In this document: piece after piece, positions 24,301-37,800 of the stretch
Numbering within the stretch: the stretch's first letter is position 1
How the letters are laid out: each line of letters begins with the position of its first letter
Assembly: GCA_051362555.1 (NCBI GenBank)
Contig: CM120640.1
Location: 54,352,788 to 54,416,787, forward strand
Reading direction: 5' to 3'
Length of the DNA: 64,000 bases
Source of the DNA: Lingula anatina
Lineage: Eukaryota; Animalia; Brachiopoda
Made by a program: the position numbers and the translations under genes
The notes under the pieces: model-generated
Database searches by the model: none
What the model saw: only the letters and a program-made list of their open reading frames with translations
What the model was told of the DNA's origin: nothing

Positions 24301-25678
24301 TTATTATATTTATTTTATTTCATCTAATTCTATTTCATTTATTTATCTATCTTGTTTGGTTCATGGACTGAGGTTGGGTGCGTGTATGTTAAAAGCACGT
24401 GTTATTATACTTCGGTCTACGTATAATTGATTTACCGACTGCATCAACCAGCTGCCTGAAGTTTCAAACGGTCACGTTAAAATAGACCGGTCTCTGCTTG
24501 GTTTCCGAATATACAACGTCAACAACTGAAAGGTTAGACTAGCAGGCACAAAATGATCGTACAATACAAAATTCATCTTTGTTTGCACATAAATGAATGA
24601 AAGCAATTCTCTCTCTCTTTCTCTCTCTCTTTAGATTTCTTTCTCTCTTGGACATAGATGTGCAGATGCTTATGATGTTGATATTGAAACTTTCTATAAT
24701 CAGTAACAGATTTGTATGGTGATTTGACTTATGAGTTGCACTAAAATCAGATGCAACAGAAGAATCTGAGGTATCTATTTTGAATGGTTGTGATTTGTCG
24801 GAATCAGGAAATTTACTGTTCGTGTATTGGCCTCTTTTTCAAACTAGAGTTTAATTTAGCACCGAAATTTGATACGCCATCTGAGAAAAACAATAATATT
24901 TTACTTATTTTATGAATGGGAATCTGGAACTTTAGTGTTCACAAGTTGGACAATTTTCCGACTGTATTGCACGATGGATTGTACGATGTATTATCAAATG
25001 AAAAATGTGTGAACTACTGACGGTCCCTTAACACACATGCTGGTGCTGTACATGTCAGTCAATTTGATCAGTGTTTTTTCTCGACCAGCCAGTCAACCGA
25101 TCTTCATCAAAAATAATTAACACATTTTCCAGAAATCTCATTTTCTTTAGTTCTAATCTGCTATCCCCCGCATATTTTTGATATGATCATGTGTTTGAGA
25201 ACAATTCAAAAGTGGTTATATCCTATGTACTGTAGTTTTATTTTTACCTCCGGTGTATATAGCGTCACTTTTTTTTCCTTCAAGTATTCCGACCCTTAAG
25301 ATACCGTATTTGCACCGGTAACGTGAACAAAAGCGAGAACATCTATTAAAACAATACTGATTTACTTCGAAAACTTGACAGTCAAGATAGCATTCGAACT
25401 TATTGTGGTTTCACGGACGTCTCAGCAGCTGCAATGTGATCACAATTGTTGTTCCTGCTTGGAAGATAGACAAAGCTTTAATATTTACCAATTCACTGAG
25501 AGTAAGTGTATTTGAATGTGCATCTTATTCATCATAGTTGAATCGACACTTATATTATAATCATATTTGCCTTACTGAAAATATTTAATGCGCAAAAATA
25601 TTTAATGTTTTGAAAAATCTCATAGATGACTATAATATGCAATACGTAAAGTTCATAGATTTGGTTTGAATTTGTTTA

Positions 25679-26646
25679 AAGCTACTCTTACAACCGGTCG
25701 TGCGTGCTTCTACGAGCGGTTTGCGTGCAAAAAATTGGCCAAGTAGTAAGATACACGCACGTGGAACGTACTGTTTTTGGTGGACGCAAACACGACGCAA
25801 AGCACGCAGCCCGAAAACTGGCCGGCCAGTTTTTCGCTACGACCTGTCTGAGAACGCCTGGAGCACGCTCGTAGCACGCAAGACAAAAGTACTGAGTAAG
25901 TGCGCTAGGCGTGCGTGTAACGCAGGAAAAGCATGCAGAAATTCCGGGGTATTTTACCACGAAGACGTACTTACCACGCAAGAGACTCGTACGTTCAACT
26001 TGCTTTCAATGTACGTGTTAACAAAAAGGGGGGTGAGCGCATTTCCTCCGTGCGTTTATCTTACTTCCAAAGTGCGTGGCGAGTACTACTACCATACTTG
26101 TGAAGTGCGTCACACTAAGACGACGCACGTGCCCTGCACGATAAAAGTGCAGGCGATCCCGGGCAACCACTGCCAGAATTGCGTCACGATCTTCGGCCTC
26201 CTCTAGCATTAGCAGCTGTAGAAGTCGATGGCGCATCCTTCTTGGAAGTGCCATTTTGGTAGCTAAAACAGTAAATGATGAAGAGACTCGGTGCTCCCTT
26301 TTATTTCATTTTGATTATCCGTGCGTTCCACTTCCGTGCTTATTACGTTTCTCTTACGTTTCTCTTACTTCGTAAGTACGATTTCTGAAATCGTACGCTT
26401 CGCTTGCAATACACGTATGATTATCTCACTCACTGTGTGCGACACAAGTACAGATCGTACGTGCTCCTTACTTCTTCCTACTTCCAAAAAAAGGCCCCAC
26501 GTTTAGAGCACAACACACCTACTCATAAAGTACTTACTACTTCGTCTGTTGCGATTTAATTTTCATCCTGCGACAACGCTACGTCTGACAAGAACTCCGA
26601 GGACGCACGATCTCTAAGCACGCACGACGGGTTGTAAGAGAGGCTT
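25679..26646. mobile_element. Non-autonomous TIR DNA transposon (Harbinger-like), ~970 bp
   Basis: ~31-nt TIRs aagctactcttacaaccggtcgtgcgtgctt / aagcacgcacgacgggttgtaagagaggctt (3 mismatches), TA flanks, CpG-rich interior. Confidence 0.85.
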
Positions 26647-28589
26647 TAGTCTTCACTTCAAGAATAAGCGAAAAGGGCACTTTAAAAAGCGCTAGATGAA
26701 GGCCAAGGAAAATGTCTAACGATGAATGCGAAATATACAGTATAGATTTCTGTAACATAAAGTGTTTTCAACATTATCAATATTAGTCGTGGTGCACATG
26801 TAGTACACGTGCACATGACGATAGGCAAATTAAATTTTGTTTTCAACCATATATTGCGTGAGGAGGTTTTGTTTTAATTGCAAATGACATATGTTAACCT
26901 TCCTTAATTAAGGGCAGCGTTTGTTGGAGCGTCCTAATAAGACTGTGGGTATTGACGTCAACATTATCTATCATCATAATGTTAGTTGATGGTATCTCTG
27001 CCCTATTATCGAAATCAGCTCTTCTCTGTAATGGTTCCCAACAGGCTATTACCGTCCTTCCCAGTGCATGTAAAGTTGTCACGGGGGACAGAATTAATCA
27101 GAAACATCTTCCAACTTGTAATTAGATATATCCAGTTGTTTTGTCAAATACGAAGGGCATGTTTCTTCTCAAAGTGGTGGTTTCAAAACTGCTCGGTGTC
27201 TTATTTTGAAATTAATACTGTGACGTTCAGTCATTCGGGATAAAGGTCTGTGCATTCAATTGCCTTATACATTTATGCCTATGTTACATTTGCCACGGGC
27301 GACGCTCAATGATAACGTATACGATTTTCCGTGTGATTTTTTACATCGTAGACTAAGTGCCGATGGGCTACGGCGTGTATGGTAACATTTTGTACGAGTG
27401 CCTTGCCGTTTATCCGACAGGGCTTTAGGGTCAGGTCGACGTCGGGAAAATTGGTTTGTGAGTTGAGAAGTGATCATATAGACTAGACGCTGATCTTAGA
27501 AGGAGGCATATAAAGTAAATTTTATTCCCTCAGCATTCTATACTCGGTTTGATAGTTCATAATGATATACAAATTTGAATATTTATATCAACCAAATTTG
27601 CCATTTCTATCAAGTCATATATTCATATTTCTTATATAAACTCACACTTGTGAAACCAATAAATGCCGTTATGCTGCATTTCAAAATTTTTAACACGAGT
27701 TAAAAACAGATATTGTAGTTTTTTAGAGTACTTGACTTATACAGTGGATAACTATTCAATGAACAACATGAATACATTCATGTATGTCATTTAAGCCATT
27801 GCAATATATGCAAAATATTACTATTTTCATCTTTATCGATATCTTCATTACTATCTGATACCGCCCATGTGAGATATACATGAACATTTGGACATTTTTG
27901 GGGTTAGGTCCATAGTGCAGTCTTTGATAAATAATGGAGGAAGTAGCATATATGTTTTGTTATGTGTCCATCGAGTGTTTTTTTTTCGATAATGTCACTG
28001 TTGTCTACTGCGGCTTGCTCCAAAACTCTCGGCATCATGTTGTACAGCAGCACACCTCCATCCCTTCAGATTCATCTATGACTTCTTAAGCTAGTTTAGT
28101 TTCTACAACCTCCATAAAGGCATACAGTGTAAGTGGTGCAATGCCAAAAATGATGAAGAATTTTTATTTTTTAATTTTTGCAATGGCCATACGAATCACC
28201 GGTAGTCTGCTAAATATGATTGTATTCTTCGATTTATGTTCTATTTCAGAGGCCCCTGTGATATCAGAGGGTATGCCGGGGGTAATACTTAACTTATATG
28301 TTGTGTTATTGAAAATATAGGGCTTTACCTGACGGTGTTTTACTAGATATTTTCTTCTTTTTTCGACAATAAGAGGAGATAGAAAGTAAATCACGGATGA
28401 AGGATGAATGTCCTCAACGTTTACTGGGTTAATATGCATGCATTTATTATATTAGCTGCATGCAGGGTTTCTCCAAAGCCCCATATTTCGAAGCAATCGT
28501 GCTGGAGTGGTCGAGAGTGAGCTTCGGGGCCTGCTTGTGAAATACAATAGACTTTCTGTAATGTATTTTTTATTCATCCAGTTGGGTTG

Positions 28590-28790
28590 TCAATCTTACA
28601 ACGACCTAACGTTTGCAACATGGATTATGCAAAATGTCGAGTCGAAAGCTTTCCCTGAGTCTAATTCAAGAGTAATGTCAACACTTGCCATTTCCAGACA
28701 TTTCATCATACATGTTACATTTTTCAATGTGCTTTTCTGAGCGGCAGTTAGATGTCTTTTTCTGTAATAGACATAAATTAGACTTGCCAT
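28590..28790 (-). pseudogene. CR1-like reverse transcriptase fragment
   Basis: ST...KCLEMASVDITLELDSGKAFDS resembles the RT motif VD.+.LD..KAFD.V.H. Confidence 0.55.
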
Positions 28791-29083
28791 TTTATGCCCC
28801 AGCTATATGTAGGCCTACATCAAGAATGATTTTAGACCCGTTTGCTGTAGCCTATAGCCTACTTATAAGTAGATACAGTATAGTGTACGTATCTACACCG
28901 ATTTACATTTTGACTTTTGCACACTGACCAATCAATAGATTCAATTTTAGAACTTGAAGTAGGCCTACGTCTTGCCACAGATGCAGTAGTCACAGGGTCT
29001 AATCAACGGTGTGAGATTTCTTTCACTCTTGTATGATTTGATTCCACTGTTCAATTCAAAACCCGCCCTTGTACAAGACTTTA

Positions 29084-29400
29084 AGGCTCCGTTCACATGG
29101 AAAATCTATTTTCTAAAAATCTAAAAATCTATTTTCGGTATCTTGTGATCACGGTCTGTGCCCTGGATACCCCGCGGCGTAATTACTGGCAGCGCGAGCG
29201 TGTTACTTTCAAAGCCTCGGCTGCGCTCGGAGGAGATTCTGATACCTTGACGCATCGCTTGCACTCATATCTGTCGTGTGTATAGCTTCTTCATCTTCTT
29301 CGTCTTGTTGTTGCACAAAATCGACAAACACATTTTTCAAAGCAGGGGTAGGCCTAATCCTAGAGAGGGGTGAGAAACGTCCATTGTTCTCGTCAGTGAG
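29084..29400. mobile_element. Truncated longer relative of the 16.7-kb MITE (left arm plus internal sequence)
   Basis: aggctccgttcacatg...tgatcacggtctgtgccctggatacccgcggcgtaattactggcagcgcgagc matches the left arm of 16707-16820. No right arm found; right boundary approximate. Confidence 0.7.
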
Positions 29401-29671
29401 GCTAACCAAATTCAGGGTATGTACGCACAGACAGAAAACCATGTAGGCCTATTGTGGGAACGTTACTAATGAAGCCACTGGTAGTACTAGTAGATATCAG
29501 TCTGTTGTCTTGAACAAGCGCCTCGTTGACGAGTGAACAGTTGTCAAAATCAAAAGACCCAGGTGTGGTAGATCTACTACTTTTCATGCGTGCCTCAAAG
29601 ACCAAGCTTAATTGCCCCTCAAGGTCACAAACTTATATCCGGTACTGACGGTTAGGCTCGTCATAAGTGAT

Positions 29672-29920
29672 AGATACAATACGAGTCGCCGAGCTGTACG
29701 TGAAATATTACGAGTGTATTGGCGAGCCGCAGGCGAGACAATACACGAGTAATTTTCACGTACAGCTCGGCGACGAGTGTTGTATCTGGCTTAAACCACG
29801 GCCTATGATTGGCTACAACACTAGTAGTGCAACAGACCGTGGAACGCACTCGTACATGACGTGCTTGTATGTCAAATACAGCACGGCTGAGTCTTGTTCT
29901 ACGTGCTAGCCGTGGTTTAA
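29672..29920. mobile_element. Double-hairpin interspersed repeat
   Basis: Long stem-loop 29672-29787 (gtcgccgagctgtacgtgaaa / tttcacgtacagctcggcgac), followed by inverted ttaaaccacggc...gccgtggtttaa. Confidence 0.65.
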
Positions 29921-32900
29921 TCATATAAGTAATGCGTTTCCACCCCCTGTTCAAAGCAACCGCGACCGCCATTTACTTTCTAACTTCCTACTGCGCATGC
30001 GTCAAGGTGACATGGCAAATTGTCTTATTCTCAGTGCAATATATAGAGAAATATAATCGCCTAAAGACCACCATAGTATAGAAAAGTAGACTATGTTTCA
30101 ATTATGATTATGGAATGATTGTTTGTTCCTTAACCTTCAAAATTAATTATCTTATGGAAAGTAACACTGTTGGCTGATTCATAGATTTTTGGGATTAATT
30201 AGGCCTATTACCAATCAAATATGACAACATGGCTAAAATGAACGTTTTTCCTACCTTTCGCTGACTTTACCGCCCTTTATCACGGCCCTCTTTACCGCCC
30301 TCTGTCATGGCCCATTGGTTTTATAGGACAACCGCCCAGAAATAGACCGTCATACATTTGTCTATCATAAAAAAAGTGTCAAACTGAGTATGGATTGCCG
30401 AGGATATAGGTAAAAGTTTTCAGGCCCGTAGCGTCTAGCCTAATAACGAGTCCTTTCAGTCTCAGTGTAATTGAGGTACACCCTCCTTGCAAATTCCTTG
30501 CAGAAGAATGGTAAGCTGTCGATGCAGCCCCGCACGTTTTTAGCACCCACGTGGCCAGAATAAGGAAACGCAGAACTTCAAATACCATCTACAATATTGC
30601 TCCGGCCTACGAGCTTACGATTTAAAACATTTATACATTTATATTTCGGCATGACAAAAAAATAGAGACTACGGAGGTCGTCAATCCGTAAGACTTTGTA
30701 TGAATTCGCTGTACGAGAGAAGACATATAGGCAGTGCACGTTATCACACGCATCAAATGCAACCTAGGCATCAGGTAAATGTTCTTCATTTCATTTCATT
30801 GATGATGTATTCACAGCAGCAAGGACATATTGACTCGCGCAAACCAGTGTTGGTCTGTAGACGGGTTTCCAGAATAGGAAATGAAAGGGATCGAGTGTTT
30901 ATCCTATTATCGCTTACTAATTACCTGTTAGTCAAACACGACTAGCAGCTTTTCCTTGGCTTTTGAAGATGTCTGGTTAATGATCCAACAACTCCTGTAA
31001 TTGTGAAACAAAGACGGACACGGAAAAGTTTTTAGTAGATAATGCACAGTTCAGATATTTTGACCTGTAGAGGTACATGTAGGCCTACGTGTAGTTCAGT
31101 AATGTACCGGGTTCAGTTTCACAGTGTTATCGGCCCTGAGCACCTGGCGAGAGACCCTTCATGGAATGGGATAACGATTTTTGAAAACATTTTATTTATT
31201 CAAATAGACAGTTCATGGAATGGGACGTACCAAATAAATATCGATCTTTTCGGTATACTGAAAAGACTACCTGAATAGACAAAAGGCATTTATAGAGTAA
31301 CGCATACCATAAACAGTCCCATAAAGCAATGTTTACCGTGTGATAAGCAGTGTCAGTACGCTCTGCGATGGATTTGACCGTATCACTTACATCGGATAGA
31401 TAGGGCAAAAACGGATTACCCTTTATTTCAATTTCCCCAAAAATAATTAATTATAATTATTTTAAGAAATTCCCACGCAATACAGTGTATTGGCTCTATC
31501 ACAGAAAAGATATGGCCCAACTGCCTTTATAACAACTATGTAGCATTCGAACAAAAACATTATATCAGAATTAAACTTTAGTCTCTTGGATGTCGTTTTT
31601 CGAGATTCTGCATCGCATGATTTGTCCAGTTGGTAATTAGAATTTTGAGTAGGGTAGTTTTTTTTAACACGTTATATTTATCATTCCAAAAGAGTATTGT
31701 CACGGGGTAACATAACGTTTAAAATGAAAATTTTGAATTAGAAAACCCCTCTTTGATATACCCAGTAATATTTGACCCTATGCACTGTATTATGCACCGG
31801 ATGATCGTCTTTGAATTTAACTTGTGAAGTCATGTTTCATTTTTGAGGTGTGACAATTAGTTATGGAAATTTGGACATTGATACCTAAGTAAAAACAATG
31901 ACCTGCCTCCTGCATCACATTATACATAATACATGTAAGGTAAAGATATTAGCTGCATGTTGTAAATGGTCTGTATAACCAATCTCATGTCATCCAGCAT
32001 CAAGGTTTGATGATTTCACGTATTGTCCATGCAATCAGCATTGTTCAATAAGTTAAGTAATTCTGACCATATATGGTAAAATGCACACGGTACTTATGTA
32101 TTTGCACACGTACACTATTTATTATAATATAAATATATGTGAAATTCATTGTAAAGCTAGTTAAGTTCCAAAAAGCTCAAGTGCTAAAGCAGAGGATCAG
32201 CAACGCGTGAGAGTAGTGACTTAAAGGGTTGAAGTTAGCACTTATAAATCTTGTAAGCTGCACTTCAGAAATAAAAATATATTCCGAGAACTGACTCCTT
32301 TCATCAATAGTTACGAAGCTGAAAACCTCGTAACGGTATTGGCCAGATTTATTACACCTTACGCATTTTAGAGGGCGAACGGTGCCATTTGGTAGGGTTT
32401 AGAACTATATGATTCAGCTAGTCAAAATTCTAATTTCAAGGGGACCATTGGTGTGATTTTTTACAGAAATCGAAGGGGGGGAGGGGTCAGGAACCCCCCG
32501 ACACTCCCCTAAATCCGCCACTGGAATTAAACAAAATATTATAAATAAAGCAATAGACAAATATAAGAATCACACTTATATTACAGGCTATCTACAAATT
32601 AAATCATTTTGAAACAAATGTCAATGCATTTGTTGATATTAATTATAACGGTTAGGTTTCTGGCAGATAAATCACTCTTGGTTGAAATAAAGGACTATTT
32701 TGAAAATTAGAGATATTATCATCAATTTTAATTACACTGTGAATATTTTCACAAAATATTTAATACAGCTGACTTTATCAATGTCAAATAAACGATTTCC
32801 AATTTACGAAAGTGGAAGAAATTCCTTGAGTAATGCACAATAATTGACTAGAGTTGTATATCCTGTGTGTAGTGAATCTGAGCGGAATGAAAGATTAACG

Positions 32901-34299
32901 GTTAGGTGTTTTTAATTACTTGTTTATCGCACAATTTTTATTTTCATCAAGGGTCGGATGGGGGAAATACAAAAATGCAAAATAATGACTTTTTGTCACT
33001 ATTTAAAATCATTTTGACAACGTTAACACTTATTTTAACTTACTAAGCCATATCTCAAAACGGTAAAACCAGCGATTCTTATTCAATGAAGTGTTTCATT
33101 TTTCTAAAATACATGATATACTTCATACAAACGAATCGAACAAAAAACTTTCTGAAAAAACAAGAAGACCTATATGAAGATATTTATTTTATTGATACAA
33201 AGTGATTTCACCAATATTTTTTCACCAACAACACTTTGACTTTCCTAATAGAAACAATTAGTTCTTAATATAATAATAATCCAGAGCTTACATTTAATAC
33301 CTTAATGGATTCCCATTAATAGGCTTGTTATCCAAAACAAATGACAGTTAAAGGTTATAATTCCAGGCTAACATTAATAAAAGAAATTCACAATACAACA
33401 GAAACCTTCTGCCTGTGGACACTGTAGTGTAAGGGCATTGGACCTTTTTGTGAAGGTGCAATGAAACATATTCTCAACATGTCTATATAAACTTTGAAGA
33501 TTTTCATGAAACACTACAAAGTTATCTACAAATAATGAAACACTCGCATTTTTTTTTTTTTTTTTTTTGATAGAGACCCATGAGTCATATTAAGCACGTA
33601 CGTGCAGCATTAAAACAGCGAAGACTTTCTTTTTTTTTTTTTTTTTTTTTTTTTGGGGGGGGGGGGGGCGCTTTCCCACTCTGTCTGTTCTCGTCGGTCA
33701 AGGGCAAAATAATCTGGATGTATTTTTTACCAAAGTCCAGCACTTCGGACACATGCATGATTGCTTGCAGTTCAGTCTCAACTTGCGCTCCGTTTTGAAA
33801 CAATCCCCCCGTGTTACAGTCGTAGTCGGAGCAATAATTTTTAAGACTGAAAACTAAGCGGTCATTTACAGTATCTAAACGTTCGTACGACCGGGCTGAC
33901 CCTTTTACATACATGTATTATCTTTTTGTCTACCAGTCACTAATAACCTCAGCCATACTTCAGTGGCGAAAGAATTACTTCTTACATAGCCCACTGGTTC
34001 TCCCGCCGATTGGCTAACAAAAATGGTGAAAATGAACCAATCGTTAACCTAGGCTTAGTTGACCTTTGAGTTATAATAATGCAGTCATGTGACGTATGAG
34101 AACCGTAAAACTTGACAGTTTTCGTGTTTATTTTATTCCGATATTTTAAACCCAATGAACAGTCGGACGTCGGTAAAAAAAATAAAGTTTTAGAAGCAAC
34201 TTATCAAAAACACACTCATATTGATGTCCTAATCACTGGCGTTTGCAGTTACAAATCAAAATTTGCCCAGCACAATTGAAGGTAATAATGCCGCCTCTT

Positions 34300-34870
34300 G
34301 TAGCCAAACGTAAAGTTTGGTACATTGCGTAGATGAGGCAAGCTAGACACAAACAAAAGGACACTGCGGTTCACCTTGGAATGGCTCAAGGGACCGTCTG
34401 GAAGAGAATCTAACGACATCGCACTACAGAAAACGTGCGACCAGGCCTCAGCACTGGTTCTCCTTGTTAGATTGCATCCAGGGAGCAAAGTACACTATAT
34501 CAGATATGTCGATGAAAGAGCATTGAAAGAGAACCTCATCTGCATCTTCTCCGAGGGACAGATGGGAACTGCCTTCCAGGGGAGCAGTCAACATGTGAGT
34601 CTTGAATCGTGGTCTGAAATCAGAGGGTACTCGTTAGAAATCCCGTTTGGTCCAATAGAGGAAGTACCGCCACTTAGAATGGACCCGTCAACTTCACTTC
34701 TGTCAGCTGCGCCATGCATGTCTGGTTTTCTGATTTATTGAGATTCCGTTTTCATCGTGTGGATGGCAGATTCTGTGTTCGATACCAAACCCGTGAGAGG
34801 TTTGCTGAATACTGTGTGGTGAAAACTGTTTCTCGCGGAGGTGGCTCAGTCTTTGTTTGGACTACCATTC
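34300..34870 (+). pseudogene. Tc1-like transposase remnant
   Basis: HTH-like AVHLGMAQGTVWKRI*RHRTT and VWFSDLLRFRFHRVDGRFCVRYQTRERFAEYCVVKTVSRGGGSVFVW (Tc1 FSDESRF...DGR...GGGSVMVW). Confidence 0.75.
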
Positions 34871-37800
34871 GCGATGGGTTCATCTGAAGGAAAAGGAAAA
34901 TGCTGATGTCTGCTGGCTGACAGAAAAGTCACTATCAGGTAATCTATATTAATAATGCATATAAAAAACTTTTGCTTGGGCGACAAGTAATCGATATAAC
35001 ATTTTATCTTCGATTTTAGCGTTTTGATTGACATTTTCTTTTTTTCTCGCTAAAGCGAGGCAAAAGGAATTCTCAATGGGAGCACAATTGTAGATTCGTT
35101 GAATTTAGCTTAATAAAGTTTTTGGCATGGCAGGCCTCTGAAGACTTTTGATCTATTTCGAAAATCTTCACTACCAATTACCTTAAACTTTCTTAAAAGA
35201 AAACCCTCTCGGCCTACATGTATTTATTACCATAAAATGTAATTTACGGCATGAGTATTTACAGTCTCTAACATGCCCAAGTTGTCTGTGTCACCTTGTT
35301 TTGTAACGAGGCTCAGACGTTTTTTTCCTATGCTATAGATTCCCTGACTGTATTTGCTTCCAAGGTGTCCAACATGTACAACATGGGTGAATTAAGATAA
35401 TATTAGAAAGCAAAAATCTGGAATTTTGTGCAATATCTCAAACTATGTTATAGTAATTGTCAGCAACACATCACCAAATGTATCGATAATGAAGATTTCC
35501 TGAAATGTAAGCAAATTATATACCAACACTACCTACTTTGTCATAAATAAATCTCAATATGAGCTATAATATATCATATGGCAATTGTCAAAATACGATG
35601 GACAAGTTGTTTATTTATGGGAGGCAAAGAGAAATAACCATTAAATGTGTCAACGAGGATTGCATCTCTGACATCTTGCATTAGGATTGAACCTACTAAA
35701 AATGCTTGCTGCCTTTTTCACAGATACTGGTATGAACAAATTTTTTAAAGAACTAAAACTTGCCATGGAAGATTGTTCGACTGGCTGTGGACTACATGTA
35801 TCAACCATATTTAAGAGTCGCCTGTAGAAGGGATTAAGGTGGACCCTTGATGAAAGCTGGCATAACTAGATATTTGGGCAGAGGGTGACATTCAAAATTA
35901 ATTAAATGGGGTAATAAGAAACAAGCACATTCACGAGATAATTTCTAAATTAATGGCAAAGTGGTGACCCTCCATGTGCGGCTACAGCTTTACCACAAAT
36001 CACATACCAAGGTACATCAAATGGATAAGATCACTTGTGGTGTGTGCATTACTGTTTAGTGACTGTTACTAGTGTGTAAGAGAACAGGAATACATGTGGC
36101 ATGAAATTAGAATTGCAATGCAGTCTGTAACCAACAAAGTGTGACTTGATAGTGGATGAGTTTATTCAAGGATTTCTTTGAGTGTGTAAACAGCTTTGGG
36201 TCTTTGTAACTGGTTACTGACTTAATATCACCCACGCAGTTGCGTGTACGCTTAGGTATTTTTTAGGACTTAGAAGCATATATCTTGTATAACAACCCAG
36301 ATGCGTCACTTTGAATTAGGTTGAGTTGATTTCTTAGGTTTCGTTCTAACTGTAAAAAAATCCCTGATCCAAAAGAACAAATTGATTTATTCGGCTCAGC
36401 AGGGATATGTCACGACGAGCAGCTCATGCCAGCCAAACTCGCTGTCAATTTTCCTGAAACAGGCACGTTAAATTGGCATTCCCTGTTTCTGGTTGCAGGT
36501 AGGCAGTTGCCTTTATTTGGTCACTATGGTGCCCCAGTCAAGGTTCGGTAGTAATAACAAGCAAGAACATAAGAATGTATCTCCGGGAACTTTTCAGTTG
36601 GTCAATTACAGTTGAAATATTATTATAATTATCGTCATTATTACTATTATTATAATTACATTATTTACTGACCGCATGCTGGTAGATTTGGTATTAAATA
36701 TTGGACAACAGGTAGTGAGTGTGATTAGCTTACAGCAGCGGGTTATTTTCCAAAGCGATGATAATGGCATTGGGATTTTGCTATCCGTTAGTATTTGCTT
36801 AATTTCACACCTGTGTCCACGGAACAGAAATATCGAATATTTAATTGCAGTTAAATTTATGCAATTTTTCAAACAAACACTTATATAACAGATCAACTAC
36901 CGATTTACAGATATTCATATTAGAAATTAAGGTGCAGGTCATTCAGCATTCAAGATTAACGTTTTCAGAAGAGATATTTTGTCATGCTTGTTTTTGTGTC
37001 GTGATACCCGTGCTACATATAGTAGTAGGAGTTTAAAGAAATGTAGGCTACTAAATGTCACTATAAAAACTGAAGTCCCGATGAGAAAACCAGATTTAAT
37101 TAGTCTGTTATTAGTTTAGACATGAGAATTGTAACATTAAAATAGAAAACGAATTATCTTGCAAATCCGCCAAAAACAGTCTGATTCCATGACGTCAACA
37201 AATAACCCGAATACTAAGATATTGAGATTCAATCTTTAGACGCAAGTTAGGTGCAGACACATTATGGCAATCTTAATTTCTAGTATAAGGTGTTAAGCAA
37301 GTAACCGGACACCAACAAAATGCAAAAACTTAATGATGGATGTTTTATGACGAAACATGTTTGTACGTCTAAAACCGTAAAGTAGTATAGAAGCTGCCGT
37401 CATCCGACAGCCTGGCTACGTGCTGAACAGGATCCACTTTAGAAAGATTATGTGATTACACTTTAAAATACATTTTTAATGCAAGTCCTGTATTACTCGG
37501 TTTATGTAACAGACAAGTTTTGGGGGTATTAAAATCGTTTTCGGTTTCTCGCTGGATTTAACGCCAAGTCGCGAGACTTTCGTTTGAGCTATCCTGGATG
37601 ATTTCCATTTAAGTTTTGAGCCATTATCCTTGTGCTGCTACCAACTCGGCTTTTAAAATTAGATGCTGTCTCTCATCTGTACATGTATACATGCAGCAAT
37701 TGTGGGTCTATTGTTTTGCATTACAAGATGTAAATGGCCTCTCTCTTTGTCATTCACAAAGATTAAAATAATGCTTCACGTAAACATATCTACTAGCATT

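Noticed and set aside
25700-26206. 168-aa + strand ORF
   Set aside because: Lies inside a CpG-rich non-autonomous TIR element and has no recognisable domain; likely a compositional artefact.
34376-34741. 121-aa ORF
   Set aside because: Out-of-frame reading of a decayed Tc1 transposase.
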